Source: a virus | Taxonomy: Duplodnaviria; Caudoviricetes | Virus record (IMG/VR): IMGVR_UViG_3300020055_002530 | Coordinates: 1-55,955 of that record | Direction: 5' to 3' (one strand) | Length of the DNA stretch: 55,955 nt | In this document: in pieces, positions 29,798 through 39,244 of the stretch | How the letters are laid out: the number at the start of each line of letters is the position of its first letter | Numbering within the stretch: position 1 is the first letter of the stretch | The notes under the pieces: generated by a model | What the model saw: the letters and a program-made list of their open reading frames with translations, nothing else | Told to the model about the DNA's origin: nothing | Database searches by the model: none | Position numbers and translations under genes: made by a program

Positions 29798-30277
29798 CTA
29801 ACTCCTTGATATAGTATTTATTATCTTTTGCTTAACTATATCAAAACCCTCATCTTTGACACTTAACTTAAACAGTATACGGTCTTTTGGCGATTTGTCA
29901 ACCGAATGTGTGCGGGTTGTGTTTAATAATGCTGTTTTATAGTAGTATTCGTTGTCACCAAAACGCACCGGAGCAGCACCATCACTGAGTAAAAAGTTAA
30001 TACTGCACGTTGTATCTTGATCCGTGTGGGGAAACAATATTGTGTTTGCTTGTAGCACATAAAACTTTGGTATAGCATCAATGTCAAAGTGTTTGCACAT
30101 TGCATCTGCATATTCTAGTTCTATGTCTTTGAGTATGCGCCAGTTGTTCATTACAAACCTACCGAAACGCCGATCGCTGTAGGGCTGGGTATTATCTTGA
30201 TTTTGATTCCAAAAATCAAGCAGTGTGCTTTTATCAAAATCAAAATCGAAGACTAATATATCTTCGTTATTGATCAT
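29798..30277 (-). CDS. Cupin/2OG-Fe(II) oxygenase-like protein
   Basis: PHTD...THSV...RILF (HxD..H..R). Confidence 0.6.
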   Translation of the reverse strand: MINNEDILVFDFDFDKSTLLDFWNQNQDNTQPYSDRRFGRFVMNNWRILKDIELEYADAMCKHFDIDAIPKFYVLQANTILFPHTDQDTTCSINFLLSDGAAPVRFGDNEYYYKTALLNTTRTHSVDKSPKDRILFKLSVKDEGFDIVKQKIINTISRS

Positions 30278-30425
30278 CTCGTTTTGCGTTTCCTTTTGAT
30301 CCACAATGCGGACAGTGGAATGTGTATCTTTCTATTTGCATTTTTTCCATTGTTGCATAGGTGAACCAGTTTTTGCATTTAGTGCAGGTAAGATGCCATA
30401 TCACTTCTTTTGTTGCTTTAAACAC
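30267..30425 (-). CDS. Small zinc-ribbon protein (52 aa); not in ORF track
   Basis: Manual translation MFKATKEVIWHLTCTKCKNWF..FHCPHCGSKGNAKRDDQ (GTG start); fills the gap between neighbours. Confidence 0.7.
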   Translation of the reverse strand: MFKATKEVIWHLTCTKCKNWFTYATMEKMQIERYTFHCPHCGSKGNAKRDDQ

Positions 30426-30648
30426 TTTTTACCCTTCGAAAAAAACCTTCCGGCGATTGTATCGCAGCAATAAGTTCTTCCCACATTCCAGGATTCATTT
30501 CTAAAACAAACTCTACATCAAGTTCTTCGTCATCTTGTGTGATGTACACGATGTCATCATAAGCACGAACTTTGACGTCACCGTGTACACCTGTATCATC
30601 CATTACAGTAATGCATATTTCGTCGTGATCAAACTCTACTGTGTACAT
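30418..30648 (-). CDS. Hypothetical acidic protein
   Basis: Fits spacing; TAAATA at 30654-30659. Confidence 0.65.
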   Translation of the reverse strand: MYTVEFDHDEICITVMDDTGVHGDVKVRAYDDIVYITQDDEELDVEFVLEMNPGMWEELIAAIQSPEGFFRRVKSV

Positions 30649-30656
30649 AAAGATAT

Positions 30657-32144
30657 TTAGTTGCTGCTTTTACTCACAGAACTCAATACGATCAATAACA
30701 CACTGCTCACGATAAGACCTGGCACAATAGGTTCTACAAAGTTGTAAACACCCAAATCATATGTAATGCCTGTGAACAGTTTTGACTCTTTGAAGTGTAC
30801 GAACAAGATCCACGCAATACTTGTAGCAGCACCACCTAAGAAACTGATCAGCGCATTTGTACCGTTTGTTGCACCACGTGCCATAGCAATAACGTTGGGC
30901 AGCATAGCAGCACCAATAACACCAAAATACAATGCTGTGGCTCTTGCAATAATAGCAGCCTGTCCGTTGAACGCCACTGTCATATACAATGCTAGTATGA
31001 TAACCAAAATCATTGAACCATATGCAACTGTGAGTTTAGGTTGCTCTGTGCTGATAATATCATTGCTGATAGTTGTGCTTAACAAGTGCATCAAACTGTT
31101 CAGTGTTGTAAATGCTGCTGCAAGTACAGTTAGAAACAATGCACTAGACACCCAAGCAGGAAAGCCTGTTTTAATCCAGTATGGCACAATGTTTGCTGTA
31201 CCGCCTGCTGCTTGCATCACTGTTACACCTTCTGTAGCAAATGTATAACTGTTTGCTGTAATAGCTGCTAACATAAACGAAATGATTGCCAGTGCCGGAA
31301 TAACAATACCCCAACGTGCAATACTAGGAAAACTCTCTGCATCTTTGGCTAACATCCAACGTGTTTGTAGTTGTGGCAATGCAATAAGTCCTACTGGAAT
31401 AGTGAATACCAACAGTGTGGTAATCATCAACCAGCCTCTGCTCCAAAACTCAGGCCAAGAATCAAATCCTGTGAAGCCCAGTTTATACAAGCCATCGTCT
31501 GCAGGAACTGCTGTCCAAGCACCTACAAGGTTGTTCCAAAAGTCTGGCGTTTGCATATGCGAAAAGAATGTAATCCCAAGCACAATAAGAGAACCTGCTA
31601 CAACAACAAGTCCTTGCACCATATCATTTTTAATAACACTGTTGATACCGCCATATGCGATCGTAGCAAACACAAGCACACTGAATCCTACAACTGCTAG
31701 TGTGAAGTCAATGCCTGTGAATGTTGTAATAAACTTGCCTACGCCAATCAATACTGCCACACAATAAAATGGAATAAGCCCTACTGTGATTAGGGCCAGC
31801 AGTTTTGATAGTGCTGGTGAGTTGTAGTATTTGCCAATCAACTCAATATAGGTTTTAGCACCAATACGTTGATTTGCTTGCCACACTTTAGGACCTATAT
31901 ACACTGTGGCAAAATAGATTAGCCCTACAAATGGTATTACCATTGTGAGAGGTACTGAGAATCCAATCCAGCCCGCGAGGCCGCCGAAGCCTATAATAGC
32001 ACTTGTAGAGATAAGTGTTGCACCATAGGAAAGTCCTAGGTTTAGGTTGCTGTCTGAAGTTGTCATAAAGTAGTCATCACCTTTTGACCTGTAGGCAACA
32101 TAACCTACAACTGCTACAAACAACAGCATTAAAATAATATTCAT
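30657..32144 (-). CDS. Sodium:solute symporter (SSS family)
   Basis: About 13 hydrophobic segments; ATLISTSAIIG, YGGINSVIKNDMVQG, LPQLQTRW and LAAAFTTLNS; start at 32144 after AAGGAG. Confidence 0.9.
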   Translation of the reverse strand: MNIILMLLFVAVVGYVAYRSKGDDYFMTTSDSNLNLGLSYGATLISTSAIIGFGGLAGWIGFSVPLTMVIPFVGLIYFATVYIGPKVWQANQRIGAKTYIELIGKYYNSPALSKLLALITVGLIPFYCVAVLIGVGKFITTFTGIDFTLAVVGFSVLVFATIAYGGINSVIKNDMVQGLVVVAGSLIVLGITFFSHMQTPDFWNNLVGAWTAVPADDGLYKLGFTGFDSWPEFWSRGWLMITTLLVFTIPVGLIALPQLQTRWMLAKDAESFPSIARWGIVIPALAIISFMLAAITANSYTFATEGVTVMQAAGGTANIVPYWIKTGFPAWVSSALFLTVLAAAFTTLNSLMHLLSTTISNDIISTEQPKLTVAYGSMILVIILALYMTVAFNGQAAIIARATALYFGVIGAAMLPNVIAMARGATNGTNALISFLGGAATSIAWILFVHFKESKLFTGITYDLGVYNFVEPIVPGLIVSSVLLIVLSSVSKSSN

Positions 32145-32166
32145 AAAATTTCTCCTTAAAAATATT

Positions 32167-32241
32167 TGGCATAGGTGCAAGGAATCGAACCCTGTCTTTC
32201 GGATTTGGAATCCGACGTGCAACCATTAACACTTCACCCAT
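32167..32241 (-). tRNA. tRNA-Trp (CCA)
   Basis: Anticodon arm TCGGA-TTCCAAA-TCCGA; GGTTCGATTCC T-arm; encoded CCA. Confidence 0.93.
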
Positions 32242-32244
32242 ACA

Positions 32245-32330
32245 TGGTGCCTCCATCCAGACTCGAACTGGAACGACCTAAGGTCGAGAGATTTTAAGTC
32301 TCTTGTGTCTACCTATTCCACCATGGAGGC
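32245..32330 (-). tRNA. tRNA-Leu (TAA)
   Basis: AGAGA-CTTAAAA-TCTCT; long variable arm; GCCTCCA/TGGAGGC acceptor stem; encoded CCA. Confidence 0.95.
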
Positions 32331-32332
32331 GG

Positions 32333-32422
32333 TGGCGGAGCGTGAGGGATTCGAACCCTCGAGACGCTTTCACGTCTGCACCCTTAGCAGGGGTGTGGTT
32401 TCGACCGCTCACCCAACGCTCC
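32333..32422 (-). tRNA. tRNA-Ser (GCT)
   Basis: CACCC-CTGCTAA-GGGTG; long variable arm; encoded CCA. Confidence 0.95.
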
Positions 32423-32431
32423 TTATTTTTT

Positions 32432-32460
32432 ATTATACTATTCTAGTTATCAGAAGTCAA
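32432..32460 (-). promoter_or_regulatory. Sigma70-type promoter for the tRNA cluster (and probably the symporter)
   Basis: TTGACT-17 nt-TATAAT. Confidence 0.8.
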
Positions 32461-32492
32461 CAATAAACTGCGTGTTTTTTGTAAATAATGTT

Positions 32493-33491
32493 ATGATATG
32501 GACAGAATGGGATCCGCTCAAAGAAATCATTGTTGGGCGTGTGTATGATCCAAACGATATAGCACACATTGAAGACGTGGAGTTCCGCAATGGCTTGCAA
32601 AGAATCTTTGAAGAGTCAGAAGAAGATTTCTTTGATCTAGCAGAACTATTTGAGAGCTATGGTGTTGTAGTACACAGGCCCAAGTGTGAATACAGAGGCG
32701 ACTTTCGTTATCCTGCTGTGTGTCCACGTGATATGCATCTTGTGTATGGTGATCAAATCATAGGAACTATTGGTGGCGATCCAAACAGATTTTATGAACG
32801 TCAGCATTATAACGATATTATTTTTTCACTAGATAGAAAGTATGACGGAATGCCTACACCCACACTAGGAGGCTTCTATCAACCATATCGTGCTATGGAA
32901 GGTACACCATTGTATCACGCTGCTAACATACTCAAGTGCGGTGATACGCTGCTGTATACGGAACCATACAACGACAGCACGTATCCAATGACCAGACAGT
33001 TTGGTAGAGGCACATACACAGGTTTAGAATGGATACAGGAACGAGTTGATGCAAAATGGATAGGTTTGCACGAAAGCGGACACGCAGATGGCAAGATTGC
33101 ATTAATCAAGCCAGGACTGCTAATGTGTTGGTTGCCTGAGATGATACCAGACGAACTTAAATCGTGGGACTATATACAAGTACCCAAGCAACCTGTGCCA
33201 GAACAGTTTTGGCAAAGTAAAATGCAACCATTACGTGCCAAAAATGTAGCAACCTGGTTAGACAGTTGGATAGGACACGTAGACGAAACCATATTTGATG
33301 TTAATGTTGTAAGTGTATCGCCTGAACTAGTAATCACAAACGGCTATGACAAAGACATTGCTGCACAACTAAAACGCTATGGTGTAGAAATGGTGCCATT
33401 TAACTTTAGACACAAGTTTTTTTGGGACGGAGGACTGCACTGTGTTACGTTGGATTTAACAAGAGAAGGGACTTGCGAAAGTTATGTATAA
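32493..33491 (+). CDS. Amidinotransferase (glycine/inosamine-phosphate amidinotransferase-like, pentein fold)
   Basis: EWDPLKEIIVG, CPRD, HADG and C-terminal GGLHC catalytic Cys; ATG at 32493 (GTG at 32472 also possible). Confidence 0.85.
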   Translation: MIWTEWDPLKEIIVGRVYDPNDIAHIEDVEFRNGLQRIFEESEEDFFDLAELFESYGVVVHRPKCEYRGDFRYPAVCPRDMHLVYGDQIIGTIGGDPNRFYERQHYNDIIFSLDRKYDGMPTPTLGGFYQPYRAMEGTPLYHAANILKCGDTLLYTEPYNDSTYPMTRQFGRGTYTGLEWIQERVDAKWIGLHESGHADGKIALIKPGLLMCWLPEMIPDELKSWDYIQVPKQPVPEQFWQSKMQPLRAKNVATWLDSWIGHVDETIFDVNVVSVSPELVITNGYDKDIAAQLKRYGVEMVPFNFRHKFFWDGGLHCVTLDLTREGTCESYV

Positions 33492-34194
33492 TGTTGTATT
33501 AAAAACACCTGAAGTATTAGTAGTAGATGATTTTTTATCGAAAGTGTATTGGGATAGATTGTACAACCAAGTGCAGTTGGATGAATGGACACAAAGCCAA
33601 ACAGACGACAAGTATTGGCACATCACCGATGGACCTAACTATAAAGCCAGCAAACGTTTTCTAAAAGATACACCATTTAACGACAACTATGACATATGGG
33701 CTGAGTGCATAAAAGCATTTGCAGATTACTGTGAAGAAGCACAAGACTTTGTTAAAGGATACACAGACATTGCAATGCGCTGCCATGGATATCCTGTGGG
33801 CAGCAAAAATCCTTGGCACATGGACATGGGTTTTGTTACATATTCATATTATTTGCACAGGCATTGGCAAATCAATTGGGACAGCACATTACTAGTTTTG
33901 CCAAAAGGTTCAGTAGAATATAGACAAATGCTGCTTAAACTAGAAGGCACAAAACAACAGGATACATACGCTGGCACTGGTGCATTGGAAATGTTTGAAC
34001 AAGCAGAAAAAACCAAAAACTTGATGGACTACGGTATGGGTACATTCATATCTCCAAAGCCAAATAGATTGGTGCTTATCAACAAAAATGTTGTACACGG
34101 TATAACTAGGGTAGACAAGGATGCAGGAGAAAACGTGAGACTTACGCTCACAGGCTTTTTTAACTTTTTTGACAAGCAGGTAGTAGATGTTTAG
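33484..34194 (+). CDS. 2OG-Fe(II) dioxygenase (prolyl-4-hydroxylase-like)
   Basis: WHMD, PKPNRLVL, HGITRV and RLTLTGF. Confidence 0.85.
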   Translation: MYNVVLKTPEVLVVDDFLSKVYWDRLYNQVQLDEWTQSQTDDKYWHITDGPNYKASKRFLKDTPFNDNYDIWAECIKAFADYCEEAQDFVKGYTDIAMRCHGYPVGSKNPWHMDMGFVTYSYYLHRHWQINWDSTLLVLPKGSVEYRQMLLKLEGTKQQDTYAGTGALEMFEQAEKTKNLMDYGMGTFISPKPNRLVLINKNVVHGITRVDKDAGENVRLTLTGFFNFFDKQVVDV

Positions 34195-34960
34195 TAGTAA
34201 AGCTCTGCAGATGAATGATGCAGACGTAAAAGAATTTATAGAAAAATTTGAGTGGAATAGTAACAGTGTTCATAATCCAATTAACTTTGTAAAAAAACAT
34301 AGGAAATGGTTAAAAAATAATACATTTTATTTAAAAGGATTAGACAAATTTGAACATGGATATGTAACAGCAGGTTGCACTGAAGCGTTCCATGAAGTAT
34401 ACAAAGAACATTGTTATGTACTCAACAATGAATACACCTATCATAGAGACAGCGGTATGGCTGCTGTTTGTGATATTGACAGTATACCTCCATTAAGCCG
34501 TTTGATAATAAGTTTTCCTTTTGCTGATACAGGCGAAGTACATAGGCATTGGGATCATATACTTGATGTATGTGAACGCAAAATGATAAGGATTTTTGTT
34601 GACGCTTGTTTGTCTGGTGTAAGTTTGGGTAATTTAGATTTAACTCATCAACGTATTACTCATGTTGCTTTTAGTTTTAGCAAGGCATTTGGCACAGGAT
34701 TTCAACGCACAGGTGTGGTCTATACCAACATGGAAAAAACACCAGCAAGTGTTAGAAATGCACATTTGTATTTGAACCATATGAACATTGATTTACATAT
34801 GAATCTAATGCAACATTTTACTAGTGATTATATATTCAAAAAATATAGAATGAAGCAAATAGACATATGTAAAAAACACAGCCTAATACAATCAGACTGT
34901 GTTTTATTTGGTTTAGAAGATTTTAAAAGAAAGTGTATTACTCGGGCATTGGAAGTTTAA
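34187..34960 (+). CDS. PLP-dependent enzyme (fold type I-like)
   Basis: GCTEAF, FVDAC, FSFSKAFG..RTG (Schiff-base Lys context). Confidence 0.7.
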   Translation: MFSSKALQMNDADVKEFIEKFEWNSNSVHNPINFVKKHRKWLKNNTFYLKGLDKFEHGYVTAGCTEAFHEVYKEHCYVLNNEYTYHRDSGMAAVCDIDSIPPLSRLIISFPFADTGEVHRHWDHILDVCERKMIRIFVDACLSGVSLGNLDLTHQRITHVAFSFSKAFGTGFQRTGVVYTNMEKTPASVRNAHLYLNHMNIDLHMNLMQHFTSDYIFKKYRMKQIDICKKHSLIQSDCVLFGLEDFKRKCITRALEV

Positions 34961-35132
34961 TCACGTTATCTTCTACTTCAACTTTTTCATCGCTTACAAC
35001 AGAAAATTTTACACCGCCATCTAAATCAGTAGCTTCTTCCACATCATCATAGAGTGCTTTTTCAATGCGTGTTACTCTGTCAAGAACTTCATAAAGAAGC
35101 TGAGTAATTTCATAAAGTGAATTATTAGACAT
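34938..35132 (-). CDS. Hypothetical protein
   Basis: TAATG coupling to the upstream gene. Confidence 0.55.
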   Translation of the reverse strand: MSNNSLYEITQLLYEVLDRVTRIEKALYDDVEEATDLDGGVKFSVVSDEKVEVEDNVIKLPMPE

Positions 35133-35635
35133 TACTTGGCTCTCAAACGCACTTCAACTGGAATACGTTGTCCTAGTTGATAGTTGTTGTATGTGTATGC
35201 TGATCCATACACTCCATTCCATTCAAAGGTAATATGATAATCTTTGATTGTGCTAATTTGCTGCCGTGTTATTACTTCAGAACACTGTCTTTGGATTTCG
35301 TATCCAATAATAACTTTTTTGTTGTTTTGGCCTTTATCTGCTGCGATAACACCACCAATAACAGCACCAGCTGCTGCACCTTTGTCATTGCCGCTAACAC
35401 CTTTACCAAGCAAACCGCCTATGATCATACCAGTGAGCACATCGCCTCCTGATGCACCATTGCCTTGTTGTGTTCCGTAAATAGGAACTTCTACATCTTG
35501 ACATTGTGTTGTTGGAACGTTTTGATAACCTGTTGTGTAACGTGGTTCAATTTTAGTAATTCTTGCATATTCAGTAGCAAATGCACTGGTTGCAGTTGCA
35601 AAAAGAACAGCAGTTGTAATCAATAGTTTTTTCAT
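35132..35635 (-). CDS. Secreted glycine-zipper 2TM protein (YcfJ-like)
   Basis: Signal peptide; GMIIGGLLG..GAAAGAVIGG; flanking Cys pair. Confidence 0.8.
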   Translation of the reverse strand: MKKLLITTAVLFATATSAFATEYARITKIEPRYTTGYQNVPTTQCQDVEVPIYGTQQGNGASGGDVLTGMIIGGLLGKGVSGNDKGAAAGAVIGGVIAADKGQNNKKVIIGYEIQRQCSEVITRQQISTIKDYHITFEWNGVYGSAYTYNNYQLGQRIPVEVRLRAK

Positions 35636-35661
35636 AATAGCCTCTCCGTGTGTGCCTATAT

Positions 35662-36231
35662 TTATACTATAAAGTCTAAATATCTTTTGTCAACCTCTTT
35701 ATTATAAAAACCAGATATTTGTAGTGTGTATTTGTTGTTCATACCTGCATTGGCACTAAGGTGTAGTGGACCACTATCCCAAATAAAACCTTGTCCTGCT
35801 TCCCAATGGGTATGACTTGCCCAGCCACCTTGCAATTGATATTGCAACATATGTCCAACTTTCCAATCTTCTAAGAAAATATTTGCACGTATTTTTTGTC
35901 TCTTGTCATCTGGAAAACGTTGCTTTATTTGATAGAATGTATCTCTATGTATTGGAATAACGTGGCCCGGAGGTTGTAGAATACTGCTAATTGTAACTAC
36001 TTCCATACTCAATTGTTTGCCTATTGATTTAAAATCAACTTGTGTATCATCCCACCACAATTGGCGTATCATTGTGTTTCCAATATCATAGCTATCAGGA
36101 AAGCCGCCATAACTTTCGTGTATGTCTTGCAGTTCGTTTACTTGATGTGTAATACAACTACCGCTATGAACTTGATAGTCTGCTTTTAGAAAAATATCAA
36201 AATCAAGATTGAGCTTTACAGGATAAATCAA
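35662..36231 (-). CDS. 2OG-Fe(II)/beta-hydroxylase-like protein
   Basis: QPPGHVIPIHRD...HLSANAG...YTLQISG. Confidence 0.7.
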   Translation of the reverse strand: MIYPVKLNLDFDIFLKADYQVHSGSCITHQVNELQDIHESYGGFPDSYDIGNTMIRQLWWDDTQVDFKSIGKQLSMEVVTISSILQPPGHVIPIHRDTFYQIKQRFPDDKRQKIRANIFLEDWKVGHMLQYQLQGGWASHTHWEAGQGFIWDSGPLHLSANAGMNNKYTLQISGFYNKEVDKRYLDFIV

Positions 36232-36587
36232 TAGTTTGCTGTGTCCTCTGTTCCGTTGCCATAGTACTTATCAACTTCAACCTTTTTTACTCTATCATAG
36301 CGGAAACTACGCCAAGCACTAGGTTCAATATCAATTGCCCATACAACCAACGTTTTATCTTCTAAGTTGCGTATTTTAGTTTGGCTAAGTTTATCATCAC
36401 GTTGTGCTGGTGGCAGCATACTTGGAATAAGTGTGCATTTCATTTTACGATCATCACCACTGAGCTTTTGGAATGTAACGTCCACAATCTCATTACCTAG
36501 CATTTCTACTAGTTCTTGTTTAGTAGGAATACCTTTGAGTGTTGCTACTGTATCAGCGACTTTCGATGACTTTGTCTGCGAGTCCAT
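36228..36587 (-). CDS. SH3/Sm-like (WYL_2/DUF2693-type) phage protein
   Basis: [17 protein letters not shown]...WRSFRYDRV; likely start MDSQ at 36587. Confidence 0.65.
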   Translation of the reverse strand: MDSQTKSSKVADTVATLKGIPTKQELVEMLGNEIVDVTFQKLSGDDRKMKCTLIPSMLPPAQRDDKLSQTKIRNLEDKTLVVWAIDIEPSAWRSFRYDRVKKVEVDKYYGNGTEDTANY

Positions 36588-37170
36588 TATCCACTGCCTC
36601 CTGTGCTGATAAGAATGTATCAAACTTCATTGTCTCAAACAATTCTTCATAGGTTTTACCTGCTGTGTTGTGTTTTACATATAACTCAGTGAGACGTTGG
36701 TTCAAACGTTTGCTTTCTTCAAAATGTCTTTTAGCATCTTCAAATTCTAGTTCTTGCACATGAACACTGCCGCTTGTGCCTCGTGTGCCACTTGACACTC
36801 TATGTATCATTGTTCGTGATTCTGGCAATACAAAACGTTTGCCTGGTGCACCTGCTTGTGCTAAGAAACTACCCATGCTTGCTGCTTGACCCATTACAAT
36901 AGTTTTTACGTCTGGTTTAATAAACTGCATTGTATCATAGATAGCAAGTCCTGATGTCACACTACCACCTGGTGAATTGATATACAAATTAATATCTTTG
37001 TCAGGATTCTCTGCTTCTAGAAACAGCATTTGAGCTACGATCAAATTTGCCATATTATCTTCAACAACACTGTTGAGCATGATAATACGATCTTTTAGCA
37101 GCCGACTATAAATGTCATAACTGCGTTCGCCTTTGGCTTCTGATTCAACCACGATCGGGACTAGGGGCAT
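36553..37170 (-). CDS. clpP: ATP-dependent Clp protease proteolytic subunit
   Basis: [25 protein letters not shown] (Ser), MIH (His), DTFLSAQEA (Asp). Confidence 0.95.
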   Translation of the reverse strand: MPLVPIVVESEAKGERSYDIYSRLLKDRIIMLNSVVEDNMANLIVAQMLFLEAENPDKDINLYINSPGGSVTSGLAIYDTMQFIKPDVKTIVMGQAASMGSFLAQAGAPGKRFVLPESRTMIHRVSSGTRGTSGSVHVQELEFEDAKRHFEESKRLNQRLTELYVKHNTAGKTYEELFETMKFDTFLSAQEAVDNGLADKVIESR

Positions 37171-37435
37171 TCTTTAACCTTTCTTCTCCAAGTTTAGTAT
37201 TCAGTACAAAATTTTCAACTAATAATTTTACCATTGTTGCCATTGCAACACCTTGTCGATGTTCCTCAGGCAAACTATACATTTGATCAACAACACTGTT
37301 GCCCATCATTTCATAAACTTCTGCTTCTGTAACTTTCAATTGAGTCCAATCGATTTTGTCACGTATTTCAACTTCTTTGGCAAGTGCAATAAGTTTTCCA
37401 ACTGCCTCTGTTTTTGTTAAATTTTCTTCTGTCAT
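37145..37435 (-). CDS. Hypothetical protein
   Basis: Coupled ORF in operon. Confidence 0.65.
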   Translation of the reverse strand: MTEENLTKTEAVGKLIALAKEVEIRDKIDWTQLKVTEAEVYEMMGNSVVDQMYSLPEEHRQGVAMATMVKLLVENFVLNTKLGEERLKNAPSPDRG

Positions 37436-37662
37436 TGGTCTGCAAATTCTCCCATTGCAATTTTAAATTTTCTAGCACTTTCTTCATATTCAAAATGAAA
37501 GGTATGCTCGTACGGACCTGTCCAAATACTTACACTCCATTGATGTTTTTGGCAGTTGCGTTTGGCAAACGTTTTGCCACGATCGACAACGTCACTGTGT
37601 AATCGCACAGTATAGCCTGGCTTCCAACGCTGTTTATATTCAAAAATTTCTACAGGTGTCAA
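37432..37662 (-). CDS. Hypothetical protein
   Basis: 4-nt overlaps with neighbours. Confidence 0.65.
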   Translation of the reverse strand: MTPVEIFEYKQRWKPGYTVRLHSDVVDRGKTFAKRNCQKHQWSVSIWTGPYEHTFHFEYEESARKFKIAMGEFADQ

Positions 37663-37862
37663 TGTAAATATCCGTAGTTTGAATCGTCATTTACATCAAT
37701 CCCCCATTTTTCTTTTAGCAAAATTACAATAGGTTCAGGCACATCTTCGTCTTCGTGACCTTGTGGTACCCAAATGCCTTTTAAGTTGCCTTCTTTATCC
37801 AAGATAAAACCATAGTCATCGTCTTCTAAAGTTTTATCAAAGCCTAAGTAATCATGTGACAT
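37659..37862 (-). CDS. Hypothetical acidic protein
   Basis: TAATG-coupled start MSHDY at 37862. Confidence 0.6.
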   Translation of the reverse strand: MSHDYLGFDKTLEDDDYGFILDKEGNLKGIWVPQGHEDEDVPEPIVILLKEKWGIDVNDDSNYGYLH

Positions 37863-38068
37863 TATTTTTCCCAATGTTTTAAAAGTTCTAGTTTCTCACC
37901 TTCGCCTTTAGTTTTAATATAACCGTCTTTAATTAAACTGTCAATGGTTGCTTCTACCACATCCATTAAATGATCTTTGTATGACATCCAACGTCCAACA
38001 AAAGTAAACACAATTGCTGTTCCTAGCAACCAATAAGTCATTTCATTTGTAAATATTTGTTCTAACAT
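37862..38068 (-). CDS. Small single-TM protein
   Basis: Hydrophobic N-terminal helix; GAGG SD. Confidence 0.6.
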   Translation of the reverse strand: MLEQIFTNEMTYWLLGTAIVFTFVGRWMSYKDHLMDVVEATIDSLIKDGYIKTKGEGEKLELLKHWEK

Positions 38069-38238
38069 TTCACCGCCTCAAAATTATCTAATCCCCATCC
38101 ACTGTATTTACTCGCTGAGCCAAACTTGTTATATACTTGCTGTTTGGCACTTGATTCGCTTAGTGCGGCAACCATATCAATATGCTTGATACGATTACCG
38201 TCACCATCAACTAAAAAAACGTTGTAGTAGAAAAACAT
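38062..38238 (-). CDS. Hypothetical protein (58 aa); not in ORF track
   Basis: Manual translation MFFYYNVFLVDGDGNRIKH..DNFEAVKC; TAATG-coupled and fills the gap exactly. Confidence 0.6.
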   Translation of the reverse strand: MFFYYNVFLVDGDGNRIKHIDMVAALSESSAKQQVYNKFGSASKYSGWGLDNFEAVKC

Positions 38239-38483
38239 TATGAGTCCTTTAGCGTTCTCATCATAATTTCGTTTTCTTGTTCTACTTCACGTTTGGCTTG
38301 CTGCCAAGTTTCATAAAACATATACACAACAATTGGAACCAACACTAACAATCCTACCAAAGCAATGCTGTGTATAGGATCATCAAGTAGTTTAGCCAGT
38401 TCAAAAGCTGCTAGAACATAAACAATACCAATAAATGGTGGTGCTATTTTATGTAAGAATTTTTTTAGTACTCGTGTTTGCAT
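38238..38483 (-). CDS. Small two-TM membrane protein
   Basis: Two hydrophobic segments; AGGAG SD. Confidence 0.6.
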   Translation of the reverse strand: MQTRVLKKFLHKIAPPFIGIVYVLAAFELAKLLDDPIHSIALVGLLVLVPIVVYMFYETWQQAKREVEQENEIMMRTLKDS

Positions 38484-38484
38484 T

Positions 38485-39180
38485 TTAGATCTCCTGTTTA
38501 CGCAATTTTACATAGTTCAAACGTGTCATTGGTGTCTTTGTATCACGCTCGAGATCCTCCCTTTTGATACGTGCAACGATGTCATACGTATCCCCAACAG
38601 CATACATTTGTTTCAGTGTAAAGCACACCAAGTCTTTACCAATAGCACCAAAGTGCATATATGCTGGCTCCGATATCCAGTCATTGTTTAGTGGAATGAC
38701 CTTCAATATTTCTACCTCACTAGGTTCAATCTTGTCTCCTACAAGATGTTTACTGTCTACAAATTCTGTTTTAATACGTTGTTTATAGACTTTGTCTTTT
38801 ACTTGACGTTCGATAAAAGCAGGCAAGTATGCTAGTATACCGATACGTCCGATAGGCATTTCGTCACTGCTGTATGCTGCAAACAAGTCTGCTTCAAACT
38901 GTGGCAAATCACCCATTGCAAGCATTGTGTAACGGCGCATATGCTTCTTGCCTTCTGCCACTGCTGCACGATCTGCTTCTGTTACTTGCAGTGGAGTAAA
39001 GTCTTCTGGAATAAAAGGACTTTGCTCGTTGTGTGCGCTTGCTGTGTACGCAACCAGTTCTTTGTTGCTATATGTAGGCGGATTTTCTGTGTGCCTACGT
39101 GTATGCTTTTCATAGCCGTTGTTAACACGATATGCAGCATACGCCAGTTCGATAAGATATTCTGTCTTGTAAGTAGTCAT
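38485..39180 (-). CDS. Hypothetical protein
   Basis: Long ORF; likely start MTTYKT at 39180. Confidence 0.7.
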   Translation of the reverse strand: MTTYKTEYLIELAYAAYRVNNGYEKHTRRHTENPPTYSNKELVAYTASAHNEQSPFIPEDFTPLQVTEADRAAVAEGKKHMRRYTMLAMGDLPQFEADLFAAYSSDEMPIGRIGILAYLPAFIERQVKDKVYKQRIKTEFVDSKHLVGDKIEPSEVEILKVIPLNNDWISEPAYMHFGAIGKDLVCFTLKQMYAVGDTYDIVARIKREDLERDTKTPMTRLNYVKLRKQEI

Positions 39181-39244
39181 TTGTTTAACCAGTGCCTTTA
39201 TTGTGCCTAACCATTTCTTATAACTTACAATAGCAGGATATTCA

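Noticed and set aside
32145-32222. ORF-track N-terminal extension of the symporter
   Set aside because: Overlaps tRNA-Trp; a strong SD precedes the ATG at 32144
32167-32422. tRNA cluster as a prophage or island attachment site
   Set aside because: No integrase and no duplicated tRNA 3' end seen in the window
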